Shown one piece after another: positions 23,553 to 37,409 of a stretch of DNA of 64,000 bases. Each line of letters begins with the position of its first letter. Positions within the stretch are counted from its first letter, which is position 1. A program made the translations under genes and the position numbers. The notes under the pieces are model-generated. The model ran no database searches. It saw only the letters and a list, made by a program, of their open reading frames with translations, and had not been told where the DNA came from. The stretch comes from Haliotis rubra. Taxonomy: Eukaryota. The stretch lies in contig NW_025765159.1 in NCBI RefSeq assembly GCF_003918875.1, positions 1,984,001 to 2,048,000 of the forward strand. Direction: 5' to 3'.

Positions 23553-25848
23553 AGGTCACTTTTAAGACCCAACAATAATATCAGTCAATATTTCCTTGTC
23601 TATGTGAGATTAAAATTGGCATACTTTAACCCACTAGTCATGAAAACCGGTTTGTTTTGACCATTTAGAAAAGTTAAAAACTTGTTATTGGAATTTCGAT
23701 CTACTTTGAAACCTCGGATCCTACTGCAGTGTTCCACGAGAACTGATTTCAATTAAAGGATGTTAAAACCTGCCACCTAACGCGTGGTTCAATGTTCCAT
23801 TTCAGTTTGGACAATATTCAAACAAAATTTGTGCAAAGCATCCTAAAACGCCATCGACCAAGTACTGCGACGTCACATTACAAGAGCCATAACATCACTG
23901 CCGACATGGACGCATGGAACCAAGTGCTAGTAAAGAAATTGAACTGTACGGGGATTACACATGAAGACCATTTCTGATGTGCCCCATCGTGGTATTGCTG
24001 GAACGAAAAGCGGCTTAAAACCATACTCACTCACCTGTGAAGATCGGGGTTAGTATTAATCTGCAGTAACCCATGCGTGCTTGTCGTAACGGGATCGGGT
24101 GGTCAGGCTCGCTGACTTGGTTGACACATAGATCGATGTTCGTGCTGTTGATCACTGGATTGTCTGGTCCAGACTCGATTATTTACAGACCGCTGCCATA
24201 AAGCTGGAATATTACTGAGTGCAGCGTTAAACTATAAAAAAAAACCCTAAACTCACTCACCCACTCAAACTCATCTGTGAAGCTGCAAATGTATGGAGAC
24301 ATTTGCTTGTGGGATTCAACAATTCGCAATTTTAGACTGATTGGTGTTTTGATCTGGTGTATTTGAAACTATTTTGAAAAACATACGCCATGCCCGATAC
24401 GTCATGCAAATACTCTCTAGGCTTAGTAGGCCATGTGATCCCTGCCTCACTCAGAATCCCTCGGGTAATTCCGCCACCATCATAATTCCTCGGGCATCAC
24501 TGGAGTGATGACATTTCACTAATCCGTGTACCGAAAGATCAGAGTACCCCCAACTGATTTAAAGGTTTACTTAAATTAGACAATTTAAATTTGGAAATGA
24601 TTGAAATAAAAACAGTTCTAACAATAACATGGTCACATTTGCCTGTAAATTTGTGATGTCACGTGATAGTCATGAGATTCTCATCACTTCTGACCGAGAT
24701 CACATGCTGGACCGAGGCGAGCCGAGTGTACAATTCGTTGTGCTCGGATCTTGTGATATGCATAACATTCAAAACACGAAACCCGTGAATCTCACATGTG
24801 CGTAAATCCTTGACAGAAGCCAAGTGTCCATACTTCCCAGGTTTTGGACCGAAATTAAAAAAGCTTGTTTGTTTGTTTCCATTACGCCACATCCTGCCAT
24901 TTGAGCTGTTTCAAAGCGTCTATGAATAGTTCAGGATGTGCCATGCTAACACATGTTTATAGAATGATCAAACATTGTAAAGACTCAGTCACAGCCTGAC
25001 CATTCAATCCGCATTTTCGACATCTCATGACCAAGATGCCAAATAGAAACATGTTAAACCACCAACGTGACATGTGAAGTGACGGCAGCTCATAGCAATC
25101 CATTTATAATTGTGTAATAACCAATGGTTTTAGAAAGGGTGGCACTGTCTACCTATCTGGGGCGGTGGGGTAGTCTAGTGGTTAAAGCGTTTCCTCATCA
25201 CGCCAAAGACCCGGGTTCGATTCCCCATATGAGTACACATTTCTGGCGTCCCCAGCCTAATAAAGCTGGAATATTGCCAAAAAGGGCGTAAATCCAAACT
25301 CAGTCATCATCCTTGTAGGGTATGATGTTTCCATGTGAGACGCATGATAACATTAATTATCTCATCACCTTTATTTAAGGATGAGCAATGTATCGGCTAA
25401 AACAGTCCCGCCAACGCATACTTCTGTATCTAAATTGCACGAAAAACAAATTCTGTCAAATGTGCAATTATTTCAATGTTACCAACAGACGTTATACATT
25501 GTATGTCTGGAAGGTGAAGCGTGTTTAATGTTTCTTGTGAACATACATCTGACGCAGATCCGCATCAGCCTAAAATACAAGCAAGAAAAATACATGAAAT
25601 AAAACACACAAAAATCTATATATACAAAATATCTGTGCTAAAGCGCTGCAATATGATATGAAGAGTGGCGTGCGTTTACCCCACCAGGATCCGCTGATTA
25701 TGTCTTCGAGTCCAATACTGTCCTGGTTTGACACTCGCACACTAACTGATCTTGTTGGCATTGTGGTGTTATTGTTGTTATGGAAACTGTTACGCTACAT
25801 AACATATTGGGTCGGTGGGGAAGCCTAGTGTCCTTTGGTAGTGCTAAA

Positions 25849-26013
25849 GGGGCGGTGGGGTAGCGTAGTGGTTAAAGCGTTCGCTCGTCACACCGAAGAC
25901 CCTGGTTCGATTACCCACGTGGGTACAATGTGTGAAGCCCATTTCTGGTGTTCCCCGCCGTGAAATTGCTGGAATTTTGCTAAAAGCAGCGTAATACTAA
26001 ACTCACTTACTCA
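25849..26013 (+). mobile_element. SINE family A copy
   Basis: Full head, body and tail match to family A. Confidence 0.88.
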
Positions 26014-27704
26014 CATAACATATTTGTACAAATTATAGGTCTATATACCGTCAGTAAAATAAACAGTTAATTCAATTTTGGCTTTCTTCAAACATCAAGC
26101 TCAAATGTGATATACGTGGAATACTGACCAAAATAGCATTAAATCAAACTAATTCACTTACAAATAAAAAAAGGCCAACACCCGTTGTGTCCAGATGTAA
26201 ACAGGTGTCAACAGCAACGGGTAGAGTGTTCTAGAATTGGAGTTATCTGCCCCTGGTTGTACACCCGCTGAACATTGCCGGCCCAGCTCCCTGGGTATGC
26301 AAGCTTGATTTGGCTCGTTTCTGAAGTTGCAATTACTAGATGGTTAGTTCTACACATAAAAGAGCGTCAAGCGGGCGAATCTAGGCTCTTAGGGCCTGAC
26401 CTGTTTCTTATTTGTTGTCAAGTGCAGTTTTGAAACCTATTTGGAAACACCGAGTTCCAGTCAGTTTCCAACACTATTCTGCATTCAATGACAAATACAT
26501 ACCTTTGTCAAGGCATAAGCATGAAATTATTCTTCAAAGCAGTGACACTGGTTTTAGGACCTGTTACATACTGCCTCGAACTCTTCTATTGTAAATCTGA
26601 TACCCTGTGTTTAAATAAAGTTATATTCAGTTTTCTATGGTGTGGTCAGTTAATGGCTTTACCGTTTAGTTCTGAGCGAACCGATTCCATTTCAATTTGC
26701 AAATAAACACGTAAAGAACTGCAGAAAAACCGGATCCGCAAAAACACGTGCACATTGGTGAGTTCCTTACCAAGTCCATGAAATAGGAAGCGCTTCAGAG
26801 CGATACCGTGGAGCTTACAAAGGCCAGGAGCTCCCATATCTCTTTACCGTGTAATCTCCTCCAGGGATTCTTGTTCAAACAATCTTAATTTTCATTTTGA
26901 GGTGACACCAAAGGCTAATGGTTTCTTCGTGTCCACAATTTTATTTGGGAAATTCCCACAAGCTGTTATTAAATTAACCTTAGTATGAAATGTCCTTTTT
27001 TATGATTTATTAATCATGAAATATAGTACAAATTCACGTTTTTTCATATTTAACAATTATGTGTTTGCTTGAGGCTGTAATCTACTTTGTGGCCAACCAA
27101 AAGAACTTAATAAGATTCGGAATGTTGTGCTTGTACATTAATTCATTAAGAGTAGGTGATTTTTTAATGCGATGGTGTTGTGTTTAACTAAACATTTCCT
27201 TTGTGATGTTTTCTAAGACATATTGTCGAATCACAACATCAGTCGCTTCTCTTTCATTGCTCCAGGCTTGTACTATCTATCAACAGCACTGTCACTCGGA
27301 AAAGATGATGTTCCTCTTCCAATTCTCTTTCACACATTAGCCTGGCTTGGTTTCTTTACGGAAATAAACTCTCCTGAGTTGTCATCGCAAGCACTTGCTG
27401 GCTGTGTGCTCAACGTTAGAAACCCATCTCTACCACCACTTGCCGCTCATGTTGCACTGGCTTGTAGTTTTGTCTTGGGTGGTGGTGGCAGAGTTTTGTG
27501 AGGCGCCGCAATTTGCTGTAAAGATTTGCGTCCCTTGGACAGAACAGATACCTATCATCGTGGGTTCGAATTCGGTTACCTCCAATTATATTTCTAGGTT
27601 TGTCAGCACCATGGTCGTGGATTTGATTAAAGTGATGATTGTCTAAAAATGAATCACTTAAGGCTTTCCTCCAACATCAAGTGTCTCGCCTTCATATAAC
27701 AGTC

Positions 27705-27864
27705 GGGGCAGTGGGGTAGCCTAGTGGTTAAAGCGTTCGCTCGTCACACCGAAGGCCCGGGTTCGATTCCCCACATGGGTACAATGTGTGAAGCCCGACT
27801 GGTGTCCCCGCCGTGGTATTGCTGGAGTATTGCTAAAAGCAGCGTAAAACCAAACTCACTCACT
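27705..27864 (+). mobile_element. SINE family A copy
   Basis: Full match; flanked by TATAACAGTC direct repeats. Confidence 0.88.
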
Positions 27865-29100
27865 CGTATAACAGTCAGGAAAAAGAGAAACGCGACAGTC
27901 GCGTGTATTGAAAACAAACCACAACTAAAAAATAAGAGAGGTAAGCAAGTGTAACTTTGCTTGACTAAGCTACCACTGTATGTTTTCCGTTGTAATGCAT
28001 GTAAAACGAAAACAACGATCAAACATCTCATCAGACATCACACAGGAATGCAAAATATCTACTGTTACAATAATGAGTATTGAGTAATATCATCAATCCT
28101 AAGTAAAACATCCCTAACAAATATCTGAATTCATACTATCAATACTTAGTTATTTATATTCTTTCATTCGTGACTGAATCAACAAATGAAACTAATCAAC
28201 TTTACTGATGACGTCACTTGGAGTGCCGCGCCCCAGGAGTTCAACGGGTACGGACAACTTTGGTCACGCAAAGTACAGCTCAGATAACGGTAACACTGGT
28301 CAACGAAGGTAAATTGGGTTATACCTGGTCAGCGCAGGTTCATCTAGGTCGCGACTCTTGAAGATCCAGGTGAGAAGTGATCTCCAGCATCCCATGATTG
28401 TATTTGGAGGCGACTAACGGGATCAGGTTGCCAGGCTCGCTGACTTGGTTAATGCAGGTAACCGTAATCCAGATGTTAATCTCTTGATTGTTTGGTTCAG
28501 ATTTGATTATTCAAAGACCACCGCCATATACTGAAATATTGATGAGGACGGCCTGAAACAAACAAAGAAACAGCATCGGGGTCGAAGCAATCAAAGGCGT
28601 CATTGCCTCAGTAATTCATGGTTTCGACATAACAGCGGCAACAGGCAGTTGAGGGGTCCCCCTTTAACGATGTGTATATGTCGGGTAGTACCTTTAACGG
28701 AGCAGTATTTAGCTACGATTTGTTCAGCTGAGTGATTGCTATGTATTGTAATGTCGGCCTCCTCTTTGATAAGGGGAAAGCCAGAGAATAATGATCAGTC
28801 TCGCTTATCCGCCGAAACAGAATCCATTGGGCGTAAAAGGCAAAATAGTGATGAAAATTGTATGAATGGATGACTGAAATCAGTAAGGACTTCGCGTGGA
28901 TGGGGTGAGGGTGTGGGGTAACGTGTTCTGCTCTACCGGTACCACCCCTCACACTCACAACTGTTAGAAAGGAACATAGAATCGAACGTGTTTGTTTCTG
29001 CCCACCCCCTCACGCAGCAACGTGCCTGACATACAACGGCTGCCTGTAAACACTCTGGTTTTAACCAGACACCTGAAATGGGCTTCACACAGTACCCCAC

Positions 29101-29643
29101 CACACACTCCCGCACAGCGATGACTTCGATAACATCACTGCCACAGGCTAATTTGCATTTCACGTGACCGGACTTTTTTCTTGTTTGTAATCAAACGCAC
29201 ATATTCATAATAAGAAGAGACTAGACTCACGAAAGCTTTTCGGCGCTCTCTTCATAATGTTTTACATTGTTACATATATATTCTTCCACAACTGCGACAG
29301 TTAGGTCTATGACAGTACATATTTAGATATCAAACTGGCTGCATCGTTTGCTCTCCGTCGGCTTCGATGACAGCACGTGGAGCCGTACAACCTATGTAAA
29401 CAAAGGATCGCTACGCAAATCGAAATAGTGTTTCATGTTTTTGGATATTTTCTCAGTGAAACTAATTCATTCTATTAAAGATGTTTAGTTAGATGTGTAG
29501 ACTCGTCAAAAATAAAAGAGTAAAAAGAAATTTGTACATTATATTGAATGGACGGTGCAAGATGTGACGAATCGTCACATTTTTCTGGCCTGTGGCAGAG
29601 GTACTATGCTGGGTGGCCGCATGGAGCTCTGGGTAGGAGAGTG
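29101..29643. mobile_element. ~540-bp non-autonomous DNA element inserted in a family A SINE
   Basis: Reverse complement of 39931-40468; short TIR CACWCTCC; near-flanking ACAGTACCC/ACAGTATCC. Confidence 0.75.
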
Positions 29644-30744
29644 ACAGTATCCACGTGGAGAAACGAACCCGGGCCTTCAGCGTGACGAGCAAACGCTTTA
29701 ACCACTAGGCTACCCCACCACCCCTGATGCACTGAAGCAGCAGTGAGTACGAGGTATAGACTGCCATCGCAAATGATGCTAACAAACAACGCGTGACATG
29801 TACTGACGTCCTCTGAATGTCCACAAAACATTTCTAACTTATAAACACAATGTCACACATTTCGACAATATTTTGGCCTTTATTATACATACTGGGACAT
29901 ATGCACCCACTTTAGCTTTTATAAAAGACTCACTATCCCTTACGACTTTCCTGAAATCAATAATTGAAACTTCGAGGCGACAGCTTCCAAATACAGAACT
30001 CTTGCCATTTATTGAATGTAAACAATTGCTCCGTACATCGAAAACTGTCGCACACAGTGTTGTCAGTGTTGCTGAACTGGTTTCAATGCAACGTTGCATT
30101 AATTCATTTGAACTTTTCAATTTAATATTGTAATCTAAATACGTACTTTTGGGAGGAATAAATTATATGGTAGCTTCCATGAGGGCTGATAGTATTATTG
30201 AGAGAAATGCATTATCTACTTTAATTGACGTGACTGACCTTGTTGCAACCTTGATCGAAAGGCCCAGCCGTATGTGAAATGCCTCTTTCCAAACTGACAT
30301 TTGATTAATATGTGCATGCTCAATTTGATCTGTCGCTCATCACTTGAATGTAAACACAAACAAACACAAATCACCGTCCACCCTCGCCCTTTCAACATAC
30401 GCATGTTGTTTATAAAGATAATAATATCATACAGGTAACCGCCATTTTTATTACTAAAGAAAGGCGGTGAGATTTGCCCACACAGTAATAGTGAGTGTGC
30501 GAGTGAGTATGGTTCACCCCGCTTTTAACAATATTCCAGCAATATCACACCGGGGGACACCAGAAATGGGCTTAACACATTGTACCCATGTGGGGAATCG
30601 AACCCGTGTCCCAAACAGTAATAGACACCGGAATCTAGTTTGATATGTACACAACAAACACTTGACATTTTTGCAAATCTTCCTGAACCAACACGGAATA
30701 TTTGAAGAGCTTTACTCTTAGAACAAGAACTATTCACATATAAA

Positions 30745-30993
30745 TGAGTGTGTGAGTGAGTTTAGTTTTATGCCGCACTCAGCAATATCCCAGCTATATG
30801 ACGGCGGTCTGTAAATAATCGAGTCTGGGTCAGACAATCCAGTGATCAACAGCATGAACATCGGTCTACGCAATGGGGATACGATGACACGTATCAACCA
30901 AGTCAGAGAACCTGACCACTCGATCCCGTTAGTGGCCTCCTACAACAAGCATGGGTTGCTGAAGATCAATTCTAACCCGGATCTTCACGGGTC
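30745..30993 (-). mobile_element. Full-length SINE-like family B copy
   Basis: Head GACCCGTGAAGATCCGGGTTAGAATTGATCTTC on the minus strand, through to the tail. Confidence 0.88.
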
Positions 30994-31495
30994 TATGAAC
31001 GAATTGATTAACGTACAATATTAATATTCCAGTTAAATCAAAGAGTGTCTGCTTCATGTGGGAGGGGAGCCCGAAGTAACCACAGTGCTGACAAACATAG
31101 GAATATAATCTGAACGCAACTGGATTTACTCAAATAACACTTTTGTCCACCACGTCAAATCCCACCGTCTCTGTCAGCCTCTGCAGTAGCAACTGTACCT
31201 ATCGTCACGGAGCGAAGAAACCAGTCAACTTTAAGTAACTGCTCTTATTCAATTATCGTATTGTATCCAGTCTCAGAGATTACTTGACAACGGTAAGGCG
31301 CACCACCGAATAGCATTCATTTTCCCTTTTTACCGACCAACGCCTCGAGCCGAATTACATGATTATGTATAACTGTTTTTATCAGCATCACACACTGAGG
31401 TACCACTCTTCAGGGTTCAAGCACTTGGAACAATGTGGGTGATATATGTAACGTACTATAAATTTTCAAAACACGTTTCGATGCGTCGTCGGTAC

Positions 31496-31627
31496 AGGGG
31501 CGGATACAGGATTTTCGTTTGGGGTGGGGGTGGGGTGCACCCCAATCCTCGGAACCCTGGGCATAAAACATGTAGTACATTTGGAACACTCTTGGGGGCG
31601 CACCTCCCCGCTCCTGGATCCGCGCAT
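31496..31627. mobile_element. Short GGCGGATCC-type MITE (related copies near 5840-5980 and 46400-46580)
   Basis: CAGGGGCGGATACAGG ... CCTGGATCCGCGCATG inverted ends. Confidence 0.6.
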
Positions 31628-31806
31628 GTTGGTATATATAGTAACTTATCCCATTCACTTATTTTGTTGGGGTTTTTTTTTTTTTTTTTTTTAAAAAGGC
31701 AAGTAATCACGATGTGTCTTCTTGGACTGTTCTTGAAACAATTTAATGTTTGGGAGATAGTCTTGAATAATTACTACCTTGTGTTCACTGGGCTCCTGTC
31801 TACTAA

Positions 31807-32005
31807 GGGACCGTTCATGATTTATAGCAAGGGGGATGATGATTTTATGGAGAAGCATGTACAATGTGAGTGACCCTTCCTAACATTTATGTACAAAACA
31901 AGAGACCCCCGTGAATGTCATGTACAAAATCAATGACGACCCCCAAGTACATATGTACCCCCACCCTCCCCTTAAAATTCCCATCACCATTATATGAACG
32001 GTCCC
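31807..32005. mobile_element. PIF/Harbinger (Tourist-like) MITE
   Basis: TIR GGGACCGTTCAT / ATGAACGGTCCC, TAA on both flanks. Confidence 0.85.
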
Positions 32006-33512
32006 TAAAAATACCAAGTTTAAAGCGCAAACAAAACTTGCTGTGCTAACCATCTCGGGAAACAATTTATCATATTTGAAAATGGTTCCAATAGGTGATA
32101 AAGCAACCACAACGACGAAGCATAATAAAATGTTAACAACTTCGGGAAATCTTAACCATTTAAAAATAATTCACACAATGAATGCCAGTATCGGATCCCA
32201 TGCACCTTGCGGCTAGGTAAATCGAAATGTCAAGGTCGAACAGCTCCACCTCGCGGCAAGTGGTGCTCTTTCAAGCGTCGACAAGGACCTGTCAGCTCCG
32301 CACGGGATTGTTGAGAGAAGCATGCGGTGCACGTGGACCCAGGATCAACTGACAGATGGCAGGAAGCATCATCTTCGAAGGCTCTCGCTATAATGCCGGC
32401 TGTTGTAGGCCACTTAAAAATATTACTGATAATTTGTCTTGTCCATAATATTATTGAAATCCATACTTATTTTCCTTCTTCGCTTCTGACAGATGGCCGC
32501 CATTCCAATGGCGTTATGTCACTTCTGGTCAGAACTGGGTCACCGGAAGTAATCAAACACGTCAAAATATCCTTTCACGTGCACGCCTGCGTACGTGCGT
32601 GTATGCGCGCGTGTAAACGTGTGAGCGTCAACTTTAGCAGCCTGTACTGGACGCCGATTTTATCTGTTATTCCCCTGAGATACGATACCACAGTTTTAAC
32701 ACTCAACTGATTATACTGACTCCGTTACATATGACATATTCGGTTTTTGCACGTGTCGAGTATTTGATGGATGTTGGTTTTTCATGTAAAAAACACGACT
32801 ATTCCAAAGTTTGAATATGCACAGTGCTAACATCTTCCTCAATATTTTAACAACTTGTAATATATTGAGGTAATGTTTGATGTGAATAGTGGTTGAATGT
32901 TTTACAAGATTATCCCAAAGTGTCCATACTTTCCATTTTAACCGACCCGTGAATTTCCGGGTTAGAACTGGTCTTCAGCAACCAATGCTTGTCGTAGGAG
33001 ACGACTAACAGGATAAATTACGCACTACAGGCACACTGAGTTGGTAGAGGCGTTTATTAGATGCAGATGTCAATCAATTGATTGTCTGGTCCAGACTCGA
33101 TTATTTTCAAACAAATGTCATATATCTGAAATGTTGCTAACTTCGGCGTTAAAAACAACCAACCAAACAAACCTTCGGTCAAGAGTGAAGAAGGCATTTT
33201 ATTTGGAAAAAAAATGCCGGAATAAGTTTTTTCCTTTCACAAAATTGTGAACCATTACCCTAAAATATAGATGGACGAACATTAACATACTTTAGTGTTA
33301 AAATACTTCTTCAGGCAGTGTATTTACTTCATTTCGGCTTCTAATTTAAATATTACGTAATTTTTTGCTTCAATAGGTTAAGAAAATCGAGGCATTTATC
33401 GTTAAAGAGCTACTTTTCTCCAATGATAGACAGATCTCAAAAGATGTTATGGACAACCCCGTCCTTTTTTTCATGTTACAGATTCATGACAGATTAACTT
33501 CAACAATCGCCA

Positions 33513-33950
33513 GCTTCGGTGGCTAAGTGGGTTAAATCACTGTTGTGTGCTGGCCTTTCCGTTCCTCACCCTGAGAGTGTGGGTTCGAATCACGTATGGA
33601 CTCAACCCCCTGAAAGGTACTAGAATCTGTACTTTATTTAGAAAGTGTTGTCTCAAAAATAACATATGTTTCATTAGACCACTTTCTAAAATGTATTATG
33701 AATTCATAGCTTTCGGGCATGGGAGCCGTACCAATTTGCACTTGTCAGAGGGGTACAAATAGTACGTGGTCTAGACTACCAGTTGTCAGACTTCCATTTT
33801 CTGTGGAAGCTTGGTGGCTGAGTGGGTTAGATCGCTGACTTAGTGTGCTGGCGATTAGGTGTCTCAGCCTGAGTTCAAGTCCAGTATGGGACCCAACCCT
33901 CAAATAGCACTAGAATGTGTACTTGACTGAGAACGTTTAATCCATAATAT
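33513..33950 (+). repeat. Tandem ~296-bp unit containing a tRNA-like segment (about 1.5 copies)
   Basis: GGTGGCTRAGTGGGTTA recurs near 33518 and 33813; B-box-like GGTTCGAATC. Confidence 0.7.
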
Positions 33951-33999
33951 AATGTATTAATTAAGGTAATCGTCTTTTGAATATGCTACATAAAAAAAC

Positions 34000-34510
34000 G
34001 TTAAGAACGATCGCCTCCCATGTTACAGATTCATGACAGAAGTATCTGCCACCTCGTCAGACCAACAATCAGCCATCTCAGACGACGTCATCAACTACAC
34101 ACTCAGTCACAACGTCATGACGGACAATGTTCAAATTCTATCAAGCAACCTCCATCACGTCAACAAGCGAAAACCAAGACAAGCATTTCAAACCCTCTCT
34201 CAATCAACAGAGATCAAAGACACTCATCTCATCTGCCTACAATGATTTGATAAAACAACAGAACACTCCAGCTATCATCTCTAATTAATCCTATCAGCTC
34301 TGTATATTTTGTATCCTGTCTTATACAGCTGGCTTCTTTTTGTTGTCACGAGATCAATCAATCATTATCCTTTGTTGTTAATCCCTTCTGTGCACGCCTT
34401 TAATCCGTATTTCATGTTGTTAGTCTGTACCGCGTATCTTCAAGTTTGCTTGACAACCGTATAAAGCTCTATACCAATCCATAGTAGAATGAAAAGTTGT
34501 CATCCATTAA
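34000..34510 (+). mobile_element. Penelope-like element remnant (GIY-YIG C-terminus and 3' region)
   Basis: Frameshifted peptide QSAISD..HNVMTDNVQILS..KRK..SINRDQ resembles the PLE endonuclease C-terminus (SAIxEH..H.IDWxNVxIL..KRK..LNRDxG). Confidence 0.65.
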
Positions 34511-35849
34511 ATATCTAGCCTTGAGTAATATGTACGAGTCGAGTATTTTTAAACTTTTTTTTTAGTAGTAAATTAAACAACCGATCTGGAGGTCGTGCTT
34601 TCGAGTATGTCGAAACTTCGACACTCAAGAGCACATAGACAGTTTATAATAATCAAATATTAATTGTAAAGCAATCAACTTTGGTTATACAGTATCTATT
34701 TCGTTTACAGAAGTACGAGATGTTTGTAGTTTGGGGACTTGTGTGTTAAATCTTTCATTTAAAACGGGAGGACATAATATGGAACAAAATTTCTTTTTAA
34801 ATAATTTTTTTATACTCATATTTTCATTTCAACTTTGGCTATTCTTAGCGTTCTGATCGTCCTTTCCACAATATTTCTTTCGGACATATAAGAAACCTCT
34901 TCATTGGTTTAAAACCCCAACACTTATCTCTAATCTCGTTCTGGCACCTAGTTCCCGGTCTTACGCCACGTTGTAACGCGCGCACTACCTAACATCGCCC
35001 TACTTCACCCTCCACGCTGCCCCTCCCGCGTTTTCCCCCCACCCCCACTACACTCCCCCCTACCCCTTTCACGTTGTAGTCACGAAATTGTGGAATGGCC
35101 TTCATACCGCTCCCGCTTCTGTTCAAAGTGTGATGTTATTTCTTGTCGTAAATCAGATGAAACTAGTCATGAAGCGAGTTCTCCTAGCTAATTAAGATAG
35201 AGCCGCAGGCAAGGTGATTTTGTCTTGAACGAATTGGGCAATTTTAGATTAGAACATAAATAATTCAGGGTTTCATCTGCGGACGGGCATCTGACGGTGG
35301 TGTTCTCGCACTTCTTGCACGGTGACGTGTGGAGGTATCGCTGGAGTCGACCCTGCAGTCGAGCCCATCAACCCTCTTTTCCCCTCGCTCGTTTCACACC
35401 GGTTTTGCAGGGAGTCTTGCGGAATTATGTCCAAACCGTCAGAGACCGCCGGTGAAAAAGTTTGACGGATTATTTATAAAAGTTTTAAAAATTGAGATAC
35501 TTGCTTAATTGTCCGTCAATGCCTGATAACCTTACCGTATTTCATACAAGTGTGTGTTTGGGTTTTGATTCATCCTTGGCTCTTATGTCTGTGAGATCGT
35601 TTGTCATTTAAGAATCTCATTTCTAAATATTTAATGAAATATGGTTTTAGGTTGAAGCGCTGTTCCATATCTGTAATATTTATCGTAGAAAAATGTTGTA
35701 ACCCGACTATTCAACGCATGAAGAAGAAACAAGGTTTCGTCAAAGAATAGTATCTATATTATTTAGAGGGACTTAAATGTTTACTTGGGATGTTTTGTCT
35801 CATGAAACACACTAACAACTCTGACTCTTACTTTAATAGGATTTACGAG

Positions 35850-36205
35850 TCGTGGGTTCGAATCCCAGGCACGCTTTCCATCAGGAGCTATGGTCGGCAC
35901 CATGGTTGTTGGTTTCACCAAATAGTCACCGTATCCTGCTTTGGCCTTCCCTCCAGGATCCGCTGTAAGTTGCGCCGCCATGGTAACTGAATCTTGTTGA
36001 AACAGTCGTTAAAAACAGAGAAACCAAATTAAGGGGGACGGTGCCGTAGCCTAATGGTTAAAGCGTCCGCTCGTCACGCCGAAGACCCGGGTTTGATTCT
36101 CCACATGGGTACAATGTGTGAAGCCCATTAAATGGTGTTCCCCGCCGTGATATTGCTGGAATATTGCTAAAAGCGGTGTAAAACCATACTCACTCAATCA
36201 CTAAC
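35850..36205 (+). mobile_element. SINE family D fragment followed by a SINE family A copy
   Basis: B-box GGTTCGAATCCC, tail AACTGAATCTTGTTGAAACAGTCGTTAAA, then family A from 36033. Confidence 0.7.
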
Positions 36206-36324
36206 TCACCAAACTATGGGATATGAACACACTTTACATATCGGACCACAAATGGTTATACAATGTTTGGTTTGATATGCAACGTTTCATTGTAAATGTC
36301 CAGGGGTTCCGTCTTTTCGATACA

Positions 36325-36545
36325 TTGATCTTCAGTAACCCATGCTTGTCATAAGAGGCGACTAACGGGATCGGGTGGTCAGGCTCGCTGACTTTGTTGA
36401 CGCATGTCATCGGTTCCCAATTGCGTAGATCGATGCTCATGCTGTTGATCACTGGATTGTCTGGTCCAGACTCGATTATTTACAGACCGCCGCCATATAG
36501 CTGAATATTGCGGAGTGCGGCGTAAAACTAAACTCACTCATTCAC
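36325..36545 (+). mobile_element. SINE-like family B copy
   Basis: Near-consensus body and tail. Confidence 0.85.
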
Positions 36546-37409
36546 ACACTCACTTTTCGATGCAGTGTTGGATGTTAGTTTCATCTTGTAATTATTGCGT
36601 CAGTTTCTACTGCAGGTGTGTACACATTAAACAGTTTGGTAGTTTGCTGGATTTCTTTGCCAGGGCTGAAATGCAACAACATCATACAAGTTTGTACTTA
36701 TGATACAATTCTGTTCATATTATACTTGTTCTCATCCATAACTGGCTAAAATAACTGCTGATACATCGTAAATGTAAACTCGCTCTCTCATTCACATTTC
36801 GAACAAATACTTTCATTGATTGTATTGTCATCGTAATGGACTAAGTGGGCAATTCTTATATGAATGTTTTCCGAAAATATACTGTTTGTAATGGCAAATA
36901 TATGATAGTGGAGGGAAATTTGTTAATTCTATCCTTGAAGTGTTCTTTCATTGGTATCGCGTATCATAACAAAAAGTTAATTAACTTTTTATTGATTCGG
37001 TAGAAAAAATTCCCACAGTTCCAAACGCGTCCCTAAAGACATGTGAAATATTAATGATCTTGACCATCTGAAACCAAATTAATTTCGTTAATTTAAACAA
37101 AACCCGCGATGTCTCTAGGCGTTATTATTTCATGACGCAAGTACATCGAAAATATAAACTCCCATAAAAGATTTTGCACATTCAGTTACTTTTATGGTTT
37201 TAAAGGCGAAACTTAAGGCGTGTTTTAAAGATTACGAAGTGAAAATGAGTTCGTAAAAAAATAACGGAGAAGTCTTTGTGTGGGCCGATCAAATCATTGT
37301 TTCAATCTATGCGTACAATCTGTGAAGCCCATTTCTGGTGTCCCCCGCTGTGATATTGCTGGAATATTGCTAAAAGCGACGAAGAACTAAATTCACTCAC
37401 TCACTCACT

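Noticed and set aside
23290-23660. ORFs containing X runs
   Set aside because: Artefacts of the N gap.
26650-27650. Coding-like composition with splice-like sites on the minus strand
   Set aside because: Frames are short or interrupted and no protein family is recognisable; BLASTx would be needed.
30205-30220. Partial resemblance to miR-277 (AAATGCATTATCT)
   Set aside because: 3' half does not match and no precursor hairpin is evident.
32327-32710. 127-aa ORF
   Set aside because: No recognisable domain; runs through a GCGT-type simple repeat; non-ATG start.
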